DNA of 64,000 bases from an uncultured Actinomycetes bacterium (GTDB lineage Bacteria; Actinomycetota; Thermoleophilia; Gaiellales; Gaiellaceae), in assembly GCA_963848405.1 (NCBI GenBank), contig CAWKDP010000018.1, positions 65,857-129,856 on the forward strand, read 5' to 3'. Within the stretch, counting starts at the first letter, position 1, and the number at the start of each line of letters is the position of its first letter. Positions 50,799-61,561 of this stretch are shown here, piece after piece. The notes below the pieces were generated by a model that searched no databases, was not told the DNA's origin, and saw only the letters and a list, made by a program, of their open reading frames with translations. A program made the translations under genes and the position numbers.

Positions 50799-53314
50799 GA
50801 GCGGATGCGGGCGTTCTCGGGGTCGAAGACCGGGGTGGCGTCGGCGACCGCGACTGAGACCGGGTAGCGCTCCCCGAGGTAGTCGACCGCGAGCTCGGCG
50901 CCGACGATCGCCTGCTCGGGTGGGAGGTAGGCCATGAGGAGGTGCTTGCCGAGAGAGGGGCCGGCACCTGCGCTCGTCGCGTACGAGCGGCGCCCCGCGC
51001 CGTCCACGAGCGGGTCGCCCGCACGAGTGAGGATCGGCTCACGCCCGAGCGGGTAGCGCTCCACGCCCGAGGAAGACGTGTGATCGTCGACGGTGAGCGT
51101 GCAGAGGACGGCTGCGGGCTCCTCCTCGCGGTGGCGGAGGTGCGCCTCCTTGCCGACGAAGTCCGCGTCCTTCACGCGCGGCGGCGACATGCCGGCCTCG
51201 ACGACCGTGTACTCGCTCTCCAGCTCGGTGCCGTACGCGCGGTAGCACTTCTCGAGCCGGCCGGTCGTTCCGTACACGCCGATTCCCGCCGGCACGGCGC
51301 CGTGCGCCTGACCCGCTTCCCACACGACGTCCCAGAGGCGCGCGCCCTGCTCGACCGGGACGTAGAGCTCCCAGCCGAGGTCGCCGACGTAGGAGATCCG
51401 CGACGCGAGGACCCGCAGCGGCCCGACGTCGATCGGCCGACAGGTCGCGAACCGGAAGCCCTCGTGGGAGACGTCGTCGCTCGTGACGCTCGCGAGGATG
51501 TCGCGCGCCCTGGGCCCCCACACGCCGAGCGTGCACCACGCGGAGGTCTCGTCGACGAGCCGCGCGGAGCCGTCCTCCGGGAGGTGGTCGCCGAGCCACT
51601 TGCGGTCGGACATGCCGTGCGCGCCTCCCGTCACGACCCGGAACTCCTCGTCGGCGAGCCGCATGATCGTGAGGTCGGACTTGAAGCCGCCGCCGGGGGA
51701 GAGCCAGGGCGTGTAGACGACGCGCCCGATCGGGACGTCGACCTGGCGGAGCGAGACGTGCTGGAGCCCGTCCAGCGCTCCCGGGCCGGTGACGTCGAAG
51801 ATCGCGAACGCAGAGAGGTCGAAGATCCCGGCTCGGTCTCGCATCGCCAGATGCTCGGCGTTCACGATCGGCGACCACCAGCGCGCGTCCCACTCCGCCT
51901 CGCGCCGGCCGACGCGGTCTTCGTACTCCTCGAGCAGCGGCGCGTTCGACTCGTACCACTGCGGCCGCTCCCAGCCGGCAGCCTCGAAGAACACGGCGCC
52001 GAGCTCGCGTTCTCGTGCGTTGAACGGCGAGAGGCGGACGTCCCGGTCCGATGCCCACTGCTCCGACGGATGGACGATCCCGTACGTCTTGTTGAAGGCC
52101 TCCGAGGTCCGCGCGTTGATGTGGGCGCTCGTGCGGTGGTGCTCGTGGAAGCGGGAGACGTCGGACGAGTGCAGGTCGATCTCGGACTCCCCGTGGACCA
52201 TCCACTCGGCCACGCCCTTGCCGATACCGGGGCCTTCCTTCACCCACACCGCGGCTGCCGACCAGAGGCCCTTCACCTCGGGCGTCTCTCCGAGGATCGG
52301 CATCCCGTCGGGCGTCAGCGAGAGGATGCCGTTGATCGCGTACTTGATCCCGACGGACTCGTCCCCGACGATCTCCGGCATGAGCTCGAGCGCCTGCTCG
52401 AGCTGCGGCGCGAAGTCCTCCTGCGTAAAGGGGAACTCGGTCGGCGAGAGCGCTGCCTCCTCGACCGAAGGGAGGTCCTCGGGCTCGTACAGGATCGGGC
52501 GGTGCGCGTACGAGCCGATCTCGAGCGACGTCCCGTCCTGGCGCTCGTACATGTTCGTGTCCATGTCGCGGACGATTGGGAACTCGATGCTGCGGCTCGC
52601 CTGCTCGAAGCGGGGTACGGGCCCGATGTCGATCATCTGGTGGACGGCCGGCGTCAGCGGGATGCTCGCTCCTGCCATCCGCGCGAGCCGCGGGCTCCAG
52701 ACGCCGCAGGCGATCACGACGGTCTCGGTCTCGACGTCGCCCTCGGTCGTGCGAACCCGCCGGACACGCCCGCGCTCGACGTCGATCCCGAGCACCTCGA
52801 CGCCGGCGACGACGCTGAGCGCTCCCTCGGCAGCTGCCTGCTCGCGCATCAAGGTGCCCGCGCGCAGCGAGTCCACGACACCGACGCTCGGCGTGTAGAA
52901 GCCGCCGAGGATCACGGACTGGTCGAGGAACGGGACGAGCTCTGCGACCTCGGAGGGTGTGAGCAGCGAAACCGGCTCGATGCCCCACGCGATCGCCGAG
53001 GAGACGCGACGCGCCAGCTCCTGCATCCGCTCCTCGGTGCGCGCGACCTCGACTCCGCCCGACTCGGTGAAGACGCCGAGCTCCTCGTACTGGCGCACGC
53101 TCTCGAGCGTGAGCGCGGTCATCTCCTTCGAGTGGTCGACGGGGAAGATGAAGTTCGATGCGTGACCGGTCGAGCCGCCCGGGTTCGGGAGCGGGCCCTT
53201 CTCGAGCAGGACGAGGTCGCTCCAGCCGAGCCGTGCGAGATGGTGCGCCACGCTCGAGCCGACGATGCCGGCGCCGATGACGACTGCCCTGGCGAAAGAC
53301 GGGAGGGTCGTCAT
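50795..53314 (-). CDS. dimethylglycine/sarcosine dehydrogenase-like flavoenzyme (FAD domain + GcvT-type folate domain)
   Basis: AVVIGAGIVGSSVAHHLARLG..STGHASNF..; C-terminal ISYVGDLGWELYVP; 839 aa. Immediately upstream of etfBA. Confidence 0.85.
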   Translation of the reverse strand: MTTLPSFARAVVIGAGIVGSSVAHHLARLGWSDLVLLEKGPLPNPGGSTGHASNFIFPVDHSKEMTALTLESVRQYEELGVFTESGGVEVARTEERMQELARRVSSAIAWGIEPVSLLTPSEVAELVPFLDQSVILGGFYTPSVGVVDSLRAGTLMREQAAAEGALSVVAGVEVLGIDVERGRVRRVRTTEGDVETETVVIACGVWSPRLARMAGASIPLTPAVHQMIDIGPVPRFEQASRSIEFPIVRDMDTNMYERQDGTSLEIGSYAHRPILYEPEDLPSVEEAALSPTEFPFTQEDFAPQLEQALELMPEIVGDESVGIKYAINGILSLTPDGMPILGETPEVKGLWSAAAVWVKEGPGIGKGVAEWMVHGESEIDLHSSDVSRFHEHHRTSAHINARTSEAFNKTYGIVHPSEQWASDRDVRLSPFNARERELGAVFFEAAGWERPQWYESNAPLLEEYEDRVGRREAEWDARWWSPIVNAEHLAMRDRAGIFDLSAFAIFDVTGPGALDGLQHVSLRQVDVPIGRVVYTPWLSPGGGFKSDLTIMRLADEEFRVVTGGAHGMSDRKWLGDHLPEDGSARLVDETSAWCTLGVWGPRARDILASVTSDDVSHEGFRFATCRPIDVGPLRVLASRISYVGDLGWELYVPVEQGARLWDVVWEAGQAHGAVPAGIGVYGTTGRLEKCYRAYGTELESEYTVVEAGMSPPRVKDADFVGKEAHLRHREEEPAAVLCTLTVDDHTSSSGVERYPLGREPILTRAGDPLVDGAGRRSYATSAGAGPSLGKHLLMAYLPPEQAIVGAELAVDYLGERYPVSVAVADATPVFDPENARIRS

Positions 53315-53372
53315 GCGCCGACTACATATATCAGTCCACGATCACGGATACACCAGGCGGTAGCCACCGTCG

Positions 53373-54065
53373 TCAGAGGACTCGGCGGATCGCTTCCTCG
53401 AATCCCGCGACGTGCCGTCTCATCGCCTCCTCCGCCCGAGCGGGATCGCCGTCGCGGATCGCGACGAGCAGCTCGAGGTGCTCCTTCACGGCGTCGCCGA
53501 GCCGGTTCACCCGGTCGAGCGCGAGGAACCAGATGCGGAGCGTGAGCACGTAGTACCCGTCGAGGGTCGTCTCGAGGAACGAGTTGTGCGTGCACCGGTA
53601 GACGTGCCGGTGGATCCGCTGGTCGAGGTCGATGAGAAGCCGTTCGTCGGCCGCAGCCGAGAGCTCCCCGAGATCCGCGATGAGCCCCGCAGTCGCCGCC
53701 TTGTCGGCCGCGGTCGCGCGCTCCGCGGCGAGTCGCGCGGCGAATCCCTCCAGCGCGATCCGCACCTCGGAGAGCACTCCCAGGTCGAGGACGTTCACGT
53801 TCGAGACGAAGATCCCGCGCCGCGGATAGACCTCGATCAGGCGCTCGCCTTCGAGCCGCTGCAGTGCTTCCCGCACCGGCGTCCGCCCGACGCCCAGTCG
53901 CTTTTGCAGCTCGCGCTCGCTGACGATCGAGCCGGGCGACAGCTCGAGCGTCACGATGAGCTCGCGGATGGCGAAGTACGCGCGGTCGCTCAGGGACTGG
54001 GCGTCTGCGGCCTCGGGTTGGTGGACTCTGATCGGCGACGTGGTCATGGCGGGATCGAGAGGCAA
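53373..54065 (-). CDS. GntR-family (FadR/FCD subfamily) transcriptional regulator
   Basis: IRELIVTLELSPGSIVSERELQKRLGVGRTPVREALQRLEGERLIEV plus a helical FCD-like C-terminal domain. Start may be ATG 54047. Confidence 0.85.
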   Translation of the reverse strand: MPLDPAMTTSPIRVHQPEAADAQSLSDRAYFAIRELIVTLELSPGSIVSERELQKRLGVGRTPVREALQRLEGERLIEVYPRRGIFVSNVNVLDLGVLSEVRIALEGFAARLAAERATAADKAATAGLIADLGELSAAADERLLIDLDQRIHRHVYRCTHNSFLETTLDGYYVLTLRIWFLALDRVNRLGDAVKEHLELLVAIRDGDPARAEEAMRRHVAGFEEAIRRVL

Positions 54066-54102
54066 GGGCGCGGGACGAGCCCGCGCCCTTGCTGTCAGCT
54101 CC

Positions 54103-55071
54103 TCACTTCAGCCAGGCGTTCACCTTGGCCTTGTTGGCGTTGACCCACTGCGCCGCGGCCTTGTCCGGCTTCATCTTCTTGCCGGCGATGAGGTTGGCGA
54201 CGAAGTTCTGGTCGGCGGACGTCCACTTCCACTTGCGGACGAACTTGACGGCCGGCGATCCGCTCGTCGCGAACTTGGCGCTGATGAGCTTGTCCAGACC
54301 GTAGGACGGGTACTCGCAAGCATGCTTCCCGGGCTCCTTCTCGTTGTCCACGCAGCCCTTGAACCGCTTCGGAAGCTGCACGCGCACGAGGTCGTAGACC
54401 GCGTTCAGGTACTGGGGGTCGTACCAGTAGAAGAGAACGGGCTTCCTCTGCTTGTACAGCCCGCTCCAGCGCGCAACCTGGGCCGGCTCCGCGCCCGCGA
54501 CGACGTGCTTCAGGTTGAGCCCGAGCTCCTCGATCAGGGCCCGGTCCTTCTGCACGTAGGACGGGTCGCCGCCGAGGAACATCCCCTGCGAGCCCGACTC
54601 CGGAGACCTGAAGATCGTCTCTCTCCCCTTCAGGCCTCTCCAGGTCCTGAACGACGGGTACTGCTTGAGGAGATAGCGGGGGATGTACCAGCCGATCACG
54701 CCGGTGATCCCGTTCGAGCCGATCACTCGGACCGACCTGTCCTTGATGTAGGGCCGGGCTGACGTCACGAGCGTGTTGTCCCAGTCTTCGAGCGCGACGT
54801 CGACCTTGCCGTCCCGCATCGCCTGGAAGTACGGCGTTCCCTCGGTGACGCTCGTGACCTTGACCTTGCAGCCCAGTCGCTTCTCGAGCACGTACTTCGC
54901 GACGTACGTGTTCGCCGTCGACCCTGCCCACGACTGCTCGTTGATGATGACGGTGCCGCAACTCTGTGCACCGCGTCCGAAAGCACTCCCGGAGACGGTG
55001 AGCGCGGCTACCGCGACGAGCGCGACGCCGGCCGCAAGCGTGCGGCGGCGTCGACTACCCCGAACGGACAT
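54103..55071 (-). CDS. glycine betaine/choline-type ABC transporter substrate-binding protein (OpuAC/ProX-like), Tat-like signal
   Basis: Track ORF trimmed to ATG 55071 (AAGGAGG upstream). MSVRGSRRRRTLAAGVALVAVAAL... The body (NEQSWAGS..DWDNT..WYIPRY..YWYDPQ) resembles OpuAC. Confidence 0.8.
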   Translation of the reverse strand: MSVRGSRRRRTLAAGVALVAVAALTVSGSAFGRGAQSCGTVIINEQSWAGSTANTYVAKYVLEKRLGCKVKVTSVTEGTPYFQAMRDGKVDVALEDWDNTLVTSARPYIKDRSVRVIGSNGITGVIGWYIPRYLLKQYPSFRTWRGLKGRETIFRSPESGSQGMFLGGDPSYVQKDRALIEELGLNLKHVVAGAEPAQVARWSGLYKQRKPVLFYWYDPQYLNAVYDLVRVQLPKRFKGCVDNEKEPGKHACEYPSYGLDKLISAKFATSGSPAVKFVRKWKWTSADQNFVANLIAGKKMKPDKAAAQWVNANKAKVNAWLK

Positions 55072-55104
55072 TCGTCCCTCCTTGTCGTTGTTGGAAGCTG
55101 TGTC

Positions 55105-55128
55105 GGGGTCAGACCTGAGTCTGACCCC
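55105..55128. repeat. REP-like hairpin variant GGGGTCAGAC-CTGA-GTCTGACCCC
   Basis: 10-bp perfect stem between the permease stop and the binding-protein start. Confidence 0.85.
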
Positions 55129-55142
55129 GACTCGATTTCTCT

Positions 55143-57167
55143 TCACGCGATGTCCTGCCTAGCCTTTCGTGTCCCCTGCGTGACCCGGTCGAGCGCGATT
55201 CCGAGCGCCAGGATCGCAACCGACGCGATGACGCCCTGCCCGAAGTACGACCGGACGAATCCTTGTGCAACCTCGTAGCCAAGACCGCCCGATCCGACGA
55301 GCCCTCCGATGACGACGACCGCGAGGACCATGACGATCGCCTGGTTGACGCCGAGCATCACGGCGTCGCCCGCCAGCGGGAGCTTGACCTTCATGAGCGC
55401 CTGCCTCCTCGAAGCCCCGAATGCGGACGCCGCCTCGACCGAGGCCGGAGCGACATCACGCACTCCCCGCTCGACCAGACGCAAGGTGACGGGGAACGCG
55501 TACAGGGCGCCGGCGACGATCCCGGGCACGATCGAGACCGGCATCAGGTAGATGAAGGGGATGATGTAGACGAGCTGTGGGAGCGTCTGCAGCACGTCGT
55601 TGACGGGCCTCATCGCCTTGGAGAAGCGATCGTTCTCGGCGGCCAGGACGCCCAGCGACACGCCGATCACGACCGCAATCGCCGTCGCGACGAGCACCTG
55701 TGAGAGCGTGTCCATGGACAGCGCCCAGACGCCCATGAATCCGATCAGCGCGAGCATCGCGAGCGTCGTCAGCGCGGGGCGCAGCCCGCTGATCACGAAC
55801 GCGATGAGCGTCAACCCGCCGAGCGTCGCGAACCACGGAGCCAGCATGAGGAACTCCTGCAGCGGCAGCAGTAGCTCCTGGAGGATGAACGTCCCGATGC
55901 GCTCGGTGACCGCGAAAACCCACGTCGTCGGGTCCTGCACGTAGTCGAGAGCGACCTGGATCTTCGACAGAAGCCATTCCTCGAGCGTTGCGCTCCGCGG
56001 TGGGTCGCCCACCTCGTCCGGGTAGAGCGCAGCGGCGCCGGCTGCCTTCGAGATCACGATCGCGGCCAGAATCGCCGCGGCCGCGGCCGCCGACTGGAGC
56101 CGCAGTCGCCGCCTGCGAGTCTCGTCGAGATGCCGGTGCGCCGGATCCGTTCGCGCCGCTATCGCCTGCGTCGACCGGTCGAGCGCGATCGCCATGACCA
56201 CGATCACGAAGCCCGCGAGGAGGGCGAGTGCCGGGTTCGAGTAGAGCCCGGTCGTGACGACCGCGCCGAGCCCGCCGCCACCGATCAAACCTGCGATCAC
56301 GACCATCGACAGGGCGAAGAGCATCGTCTGGTTGACGCCGAGCAGGACCATCCGCCGCGCGAGTGGAAGCTGGACCTTGCGCAGCAGCTGCGTCCGGGTC
56401 GCGCCCATCGACGCCGCCGCCTCGACCGTGTTCACCGGGACGCCCCGAATGCCGAGCGCCGTGATCCGAATCGACGGGGGGATCGCGTAGATCATCGTGG
56501 ACACGACGGCCGCGGCCGGCCCGACCGAGAACAGGATGACGACCGGCATGAGGTACGCGAACGCCGGGACGATCTGCATCGCGTCCAGCACCGGCGTGAT
56601 TGCCTTCGCAAAGCGGTCCGAGCGGCCCGCTACCACGCCGAGCGGAATGCCGACGAGGAGAGAGAGCGACACCGCGACGAGCATCAGCGCCAGCGTCTGC
56701 ATGCACTCTTCCCACAGCCCGGTCAGGGCGAACGTCGCGAAGGCGGCAAGTGTGATCAGCGCTGCGCGCACGCCGCCGAACCGGAGGACGAGCAGCGTGC
56801 CGGCCGCCGTCGTCCCCACCCAGGTCATCCAGAGGAGGAAGCGGTCGAACCATTCGACCAGGTGATCGACGCTCGTCGAGAACCCCTCGAAGATGCGGAA
56901 TACGAGTCCGGCGTCCTCTTGGCCCTTCTGGGTGAGGATCCAGACCTGGAAGTCGTCGAGGTGAGCCGACAGCGAGTTCCAGACGAGCGAGTCCGGCCAG
57001 GGGAAGCGGGCCACCGGCACGCCGTTCTCGTCCTCCGTCACGCCCCACCTGAAGGCGACGTACATGAGCGCGACGATCCCTGCGACCTGGACGAGCCTCC
57101 CCCGCCACCACGGACGATGGGCAAGGACGGGAGCGGGGGCGACCGCAGGCTCGGCAATCGAGGCCAT
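55143..57167 (-). CDS. ABC transporter permease with two fused BPD-type transmembrane domains (ProW/OpuAB-like x2)
   Basis: Track ORF trimmed to ATG 57167. Internal duplication visible: ..DAMQIVPAFAYLMPVVILFSVGPAAAVVSTMIYAIPP.. and ..DVLQTLPQLVYIIPFIYLMPVSIVPGIVAGALYAFP.. Confidence 0.85.
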   Translation of the reverse strand: MASIAEPAVAPAPVLAHRPWWRGRLVQVAGIVALMYVAFRWGVTEDENGVPVARFPWPDSLVWNSLSAHLDDFQVWILTQKGQEDAGLVFRIFEGFSTSVDHLVEWFDRFLLWMTWVGTTAAGTLLVLRFGGVRAALITLAAFATFALTGLWEECMQTLALMLVAVSLSLLVGIPLGVVAGRSDRFAKAITPVLDAMQIVPAFAYLMPVVILFSVGPAAAVVSTMIYAIPPSIRITALGIRGVPVNTVEAAASMGATRTQLLRKVQLPLARRMVLLGVNQTMLFALSMVVIAGLIGGGGLGAVVTTGLYSNPALALLAGFVIVVMAIALDRSTQAIAARTDPAHRHLDETRRRRLRLQSAAAAAAILAAIVISKAAGAAALYPDEVGDPPRSATLEEWLLSKIQVALDYVQDPTTWVFAVTERIGTFILQELLLPLQEFLMLAPWFATLGGLTLIAFVISGLRPALTTLAMLALIGFMGVWALSMDTLSQVLVATAIAVVIGVSLGVLAAENDRFSKAMRPVNDVLQTLPQLVYIIPFIYLMPVSIVPGIVAGALYAFPVTLRLVERGVRDVAPASVEAASAFGASRRQALMKVKLPLAGDAVMLGVNQAIVMVLAVVVIGGLVGSGGLGYEVAQGFVRSYFGQGVIASVAILALGIALDRVTQGTRKARQDIA

Positions 57168-58240
57168 CAGGCCTCGCCTTCGCCCGCGAGCGCGGTGAGT
57201 ACGGTGTCGCGGTCCACGAGTCCGACGACGTTCCCGTTCTCGACGGCGCAGACGGGCTTTTCGCTTGCCGCGAGAACAGGAACGGCTCTCCGCACTGTCG
57301 TGGCGACGTCCAGGCGCGGGCCGTCGGTTTCTTCCCCGGGGGCCGCGTCGCGCATCACCCACCGCAGGGTGAGCACGTGGCTCCGCGGGACGTCGCGCAC
57401 GAAGTTGGCGACGTATTCGTCCGCGGGAGCGCCGACGATCTCTTCGGGCGTACCGAGCTGCACGATCACGCCGTCGCGCATGATCGCGATGCGGTCGCCT
57501 AGCCGTAGCGCCTCGGGCAGATCGTGCGTGATGAAGATCATCGTCTTGCCCGTCTCGAGCTGGAGGCGGCAGATCTCGTCCTGCATGTCGCGGCGGATGA
57601 GCGGGTCGAGAGCGCTGAACGGCTCGTCGTAGAGCATCACGTCCGGGTTGACGGCGAAGGCGCGGGCGACGCCGACGCGCTGCTGCATTCCTCCCGAGAG
57701 CTGGTCGGGGAACTGGTCGGCGACATCCTCGAGCCCGACCAGCGTGAGCACCTCGCGCGCCCGGGCGTGGCGGTCGGCCTTGCTCACGCCGCGGATCTCG
57801 AGGCCGAACGCGACGTTGTCGAGCACGCGCCGGTGCGCGAGCAGGCCGAAGTGCTGGAAGACCATCGAGACGGAGTGACGCCGAAGCTCCCGGAGCTCGG
57901 CCCGGCTTGCCTTCATCACATCGCGGCCGGCGATCTCGATCTCGCCCGCCGTCGGCTCGATGAGCCTGATCAGCGTGCGCACGAGCGTCGACTTCCCGGA
58001 GCCGGACAGGCCCATGACGACGAACACCTCGCCCGGCCAGACCTCGATCGAGACGTCCCGTACTGCCGCGACGCAGCCGGTCTGCTCGAGGAGCTCACGC
58101 CGCGAGAGCTCGGCCTGCGGCGTGCCGATGATGCGGTCGGCCTTCGCGCCGAAGATCTTCCAGACGCTACGCGCACGTATGAGCGGAGTCCCGCTCGATT
58201 CCACGCGTTCGACGCCGGCCGCGCCGCTCAGAACGGACAC
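57167..58240 (-). CDS. glycine betaine/proline-type ABC transporter ATP-binding protein (ProV/OpuAA-like) with C-terminal CBS region
   Basis: Only the 3' third of track ORF 57167..60055 is real. [37 protein letters not shown]. Start at GTG 58240 (or 58204). Confidence 0.85.
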   Translation of the reverse strand: MSVLSGAAGVERVESSGTPLIRARSVWKIFGAKADRIIGTPQAELSRRELLEQTGCVAAVRDVSIEVWPGEVFVVMGLSGSGKSTLVRTLIRLIEPTAGEIEIAGRDVMKASRAELRELRRHSVSMVFQHFGLLAHRRVLDNVAFGLEIRGVSKADRHARAREVLTLVGLEDVADQFPDQLSGGMQQRVGVARAFAVNPDVMLYDEPFSALDPLIRRDMQDEICRLQLETGKTMIFITHDLPEALRLGDRIAIMRDGVIVQLGTPEEIVGAPADEYVANFVRDVPRSHVLTLRWVMRDAAPGEETDGPRLDVATTVRRAVPVLAASEKPVCAVENGNVVGLVDRDTVLTALAGEGEA

Positions 58241-58330
58241 CAGGCCACTGGTATACGGTGAATATACTTCCGCCGCGCCGGAGTCAAGCGTTACCTCAAG
58301 CGGCGCGGAGACCAGCAAATCGACTACTCG

Positions 58331-59761
58331 ATGCTCATCGGGGGCGCCTGGGTCGAGAGCGAATCCGGGGCCCGTTTCGCGGCCGAAAGCCCGGCGACGG
58401 GCGAGACGATCGGGACCGTTCCGGAGGGAACGCGCGAGGATGCGCGCAAGGCGATCGCCGCTGCAAACGAGGCGTGGCCGGCGTGGGCAGCTGCATCGGC
58501 CTTCGAGCGCGCCGCGGCGCTCGAGCGCGTCGCCGACCTCGTCGGAGAGCGGCGGGACTCGCTCGCGCGCACGCTGACGCTCGACCAGGGCAAGCCGCTC
58601 GCCGCGGAGGCGTACGACGAGGTCGACGAGCTTGCCGGGTACTTCCGGCACGCCGCCGCCGACGGGACGCGGCTCGAGGGATCGCTGCCGCCGTCGGTGG
58701 ACGCATCGAAGCGCGTGCTCGTGTATCGCGTGCCGCGCGGGGTGGTCGGCGTGATCACGCCGTGGAACTGGCCGTACACGATGCCCGCGGAGGTGCTCGC
58801 CCCGGCGCTCGCGGCCGGCAACGCGGTCGTGTGGGCCGCGGCGCCCTCGACGTCCGTGTGTGCGGTGGCGCTCGCCGAGTGCGTCGCGGACGCCGGCGTG
58901 CCGGCGGGAGTGCTGAACCTCGTGACCGGCCCCGGCCCCGTCGTCGGGGACGAGATCGCCTCGAGCCCGGGCACGCATGCGGTTGCCTTCATCGGCTCGA
59001 TCGAGACGGGCCACCGCGTCGCCGAGCGCGCGGCGGGCAAGGCGCTCCTGCTCGAGATGGGCGGGAACGGGCCGTTCGTCGTGCTCGAGGACGGCGACGT
59101 CGCCCGGGCCGCCGAGGCGAGCATCGCGGCCGCGTTCCTCTGCGCCGGCCAGAGCTGCACCGCCGGCGAGCGCTTCCTCGTCCACGAGCGCGTGCACGAC
59201 GAGTTCCTCGAGGCGCTCTCGGCCGAGATCGCCGGCACGATCCGGCTCGGCGACCCGTTCGACGATGCGACGACGATGGGCCCGCTCAACAACGAGCCGA
59301 CGGCGGTCAAGGTCGACAGCCACGTGGTCGACGCGGTGGATCGCGGCGCCGAGCTGGTGCTCGACGGCGGCCGAGCCGACGGATATCCGACACGACTCTA
59401 TTACCGGCCGACCGTCCTGACCGCGGTCGCCGACGACATGGCGATCGCGCGTGAAGAGACCTTCGGCCCGGTCGTCCCGATCTCGCGCATCCGCTCCGAC
59501 GAAGAGGCGCTCGCGATCGCGAACGCGTCTCCGTACGGTCTGCTCACCGCGGTCTGGACGCGCGATCTCGGGCGTGGGCTGCGCTTCGCCGAAGGCGTCC
59601 GGGCCGGCTGGGTGAACGTCAACGAGTCGACGAACTACTGGGAGAGCCACCTTCCCTTCGGCGGCAGGTCGGGCTCGCGCTCCGGCGTCGGGCGCGTCGG
59701 CGGCCGCCATCCGCTCGACGTCTTCACGGAGCCGAAGACCGTCGTCGTGTCGCTCGGCTGA
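58331..59761 (+). CDS. NAD(P)-dependent aldehyde dehydrogenase (betaine-aldehyde-DH-like by context)
   Basis: [51 protein letters not shown]..; 476 aa. Confidence 0.85.
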   Translation: MLIGGAWVESESGARFAAESPATGETIGTVPEGTREDARKAIAAANEAWPAWAAASAFERAAALERVADLVGERRDSLARTLTLDQGKPLAAEAYDEVDELAGYFRHAAADGTRLEGSLPPSVDASKRVLVYRVPRGVVGVITPWNWPYTMPAEVLAPALAAGNAVVWAAAPSTSVCAVALAECVADAGVPAGVLNLVTGPGPVVGDEIASSPGTHAVAFIGSIETGHRVAERAAGKALLLEMGGNGPFVVLEDGDVARAAEASIAAAFLCAGQSCTAGERFLVHERVHDEFLEALSAEIAGTIRLGDPFDDATTMGPLNNEPTAVKVDSHVVDAVDRGAELVLDGGRADGYPTRLYYRPTVLTAVADDMAIAREETFGPVVPISRIRSDEEALAIANASPYGLLTAVWTRDLGRGLRFAEGVRAGWVNVNESTNYWESHLPFGGRSGSRSGVGRVGGRHPLDVFTEPKTVVVSLG

Positions 59762-59800
59762 CGCTCGACCCACTCCGCCACCCGGTGGAAGACTCAGGCG

Positions 59801-61561
59801 ATGCGCCGCTCGGTGCTCCCGATCTACGCGCTGATCCTGCTCGAGACCCTCGTCTGGATCTCGATGGTCCCTCTCGCGCCCACGTTCGCGGACGAGTTCG
59901 GTCTCTCCGGCGTCGAGACGGGGATGATCCTCGCCGCCGCGAGCCTGGCGGCGCTCGTCGTCGCGCTTCCACTCGGGCTGCTCGCGGACCGGCTCGGCGC
60001 CCGTCACGTGACGATCGCGTCGGCAGTGCTCTTCACGCTCGCGACGCTCGGGCAAGGCCTCGCGGAGGAGTTCTGGTCGCTGCTTCTCGCGCGTGCGGCG
60101 TTCGGCGTCGCGTTCGGCGCGCTCTGGGGAGCAGGCGCCGCGTGGCTCTCGGACTCGCTCGCCGACGAGCGCCGATCCGGTGCGCTCGGCGCCGCGGCGA
60201 CGGTCGCCGGCGTCGGCTTCACCGCCGGCCCTTTACTCGCCGGCGTGCTCGCCGAGCGCTACGACACCGGGACGCCCTTCCTGGTAGCGGCCGTCGGCGC
60301 GGCAGCGGTCACGGCGGCACTGGTCGTAGCGGCACCGCTCGTCGAGGTGAGCCCACCGCGGCAGCGCCTGCGTGACCTGCTGCGCGCCGCTCGCCGCGAC
60401 GAGCTCGTGCTGGCGGGCATCGCGATCATCGTGCTGATCGGGCTCGTCGGTGGCGGCGTGAACCTGCTGGTTCCATTGCAGCTACGCGACAACGGCGTCT
60501 CGGCCGCGGAGATCGGCCTGCTCTTCTCCGTTGCCTCGGCCGTGTACACGGTCGTGAGTGCCGCAGTCGCCCGGCTCGGCGATCGCGCAGCGTCTCTCCG
60601 GGTCGGCGGCGTCGCGGCGCTGCTCACCGGTCTCTCGATCGCGCTCGTCCTCGTGAGCGGGTCGACAGTTGCCGCGGTCGCGTTCGTGCTGCTGCGGGCG
60701 CCGCCCTGGTCGACGATGGACACCATCATCTATCCGCTCGCCGCGCGGGGTGCGCACAGGTCCTCACTCGGGAGGGGCTCGGTGATGGGCCTCGTCATGC
60801 TCGGGTGGGCCGCCGCCTCGACCGCCGGCCCGCTGGTCGCCGGCGGCATCGCCGACACGGTCGGCGCGAGAGCCGCATACGCGGTGATGGTCGTGTGGTG
60901 CCTTCTGATCGGGCTCTGGCTCATCCGCGCTCACCGTGGTGGCGCGGCGATCGACCTCGACCGCCTGTACGGCGCGCGTGACCTCGACGAGCTGCGCGGC
61001 GAGTACGACCGGATCGCGCAGGCGTACGACGCGGAGCTCGTCGACGGCATGGGCTACCGCTCTCCGGCTGCGGTGTCGGCCGTCGCGCGCAGGCTCCTCC
61101 CGGCCGAGGCGCGGATCCTCGACGCCGGCGCGGGAACCGGCCTCCTCGGCGTTGCGCTCGCCGAGGACGGGTTCACGCACCTCGATGCTCTCGATCTCTC
61201 GCCCGGAATGCTCGCCGAGGCCGAACGCAAGCACGTCTACGGCAACCTTCGCGCAGGCCGGCTCGGCGACGAGCTCGAGTACGACAGCGGAACCTACGAC
61301 GCGGTCGTGTCGGCGGGCGTGCTCACGACCGGCCACGCGCCGGCGCAGGCCCTGGACGAGCTCGTGCGGATCACGCGTCCGGGCGGGCACCTGATCTTCA
61401 CCCTGCGATCGGACCAGCTGCCTCCCGGCTTCGAGGGGAAGATCGCCGAGCTCGAGGACGCCGGGCGATGGACGCTCGTCGAGTGCGGTGACGAATTCCA
61501 GGCCCTCCCGCTGGGGGAGCCCGAGGTGCGCGTACGCGTCTGGGTCTTTCGGGTTCTCTAG
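59801..61561 (+). CDS. MFS transporter fused to a C-terminal class I SAM-dependent methyltransferase domain
   Basis: About 390 aa with 12 TM-like segments, then [57 protein letters not shown]. Confidence 0.8.
   Translation: MRRSVLPIYALILLETLVWISMVPLAPTFADEFGLSGVETGMILAAASLAALVVALPLGLLADRLGARHVTIASAVLFTLATLGQGLAEEFWSLLLARAAFGVAFGALWGAGAAWLSDSLADERRSGALGAAATVAGVGFTAGPLLAGVLAERYDTGTPFLVAAVGAAAVTAALVVAAPLVEVSPPRQRLRDLLRAARRDELVLAGIAIIVLIGLVGGGVNLLVPLQLRDNGVSAAEIGLLFSVASAVYTVVSAAVARLGDRAASLRVGGVAALLTGLSIALVLVSGSTVAAVAFVLLRAPPWSTMDTIIYPLAARGAHRSSLGRGSVMGLVMLGWAAASTAGPLVAGGIADTVGARAAYAVMVVWCLLIGLWLIRAHRGGAAIDLDRLYGARDLDELRGEYDRIAQAYDAELVDGMGYRSPAAVSAVARRLLPAEARILDAGAGTGLLGVALAEDGFTHLDALDLSPGMLAEAERKHVYGNLRAGRLGDELEYDSGTYDAVVSAGVLTTGHAPAQALDELVRITRPGGHLIFTLRSDQLPPGFEGKIAELEDAGRWTLVECGDEFQALPLGEPEVRVRVWVFRVL

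Noticed and set aside
59801-61561. MFS-methyltransferase fusion as another single-indel artefact
   Set aside because: Unlike the hydrolase-GT junction, no stop codon or start codon lies within one frame-shift of the junction region (60900-61000). Both domains are in the same frame with a plausible linker. Kept as a genuine fusion, pending read evidence.
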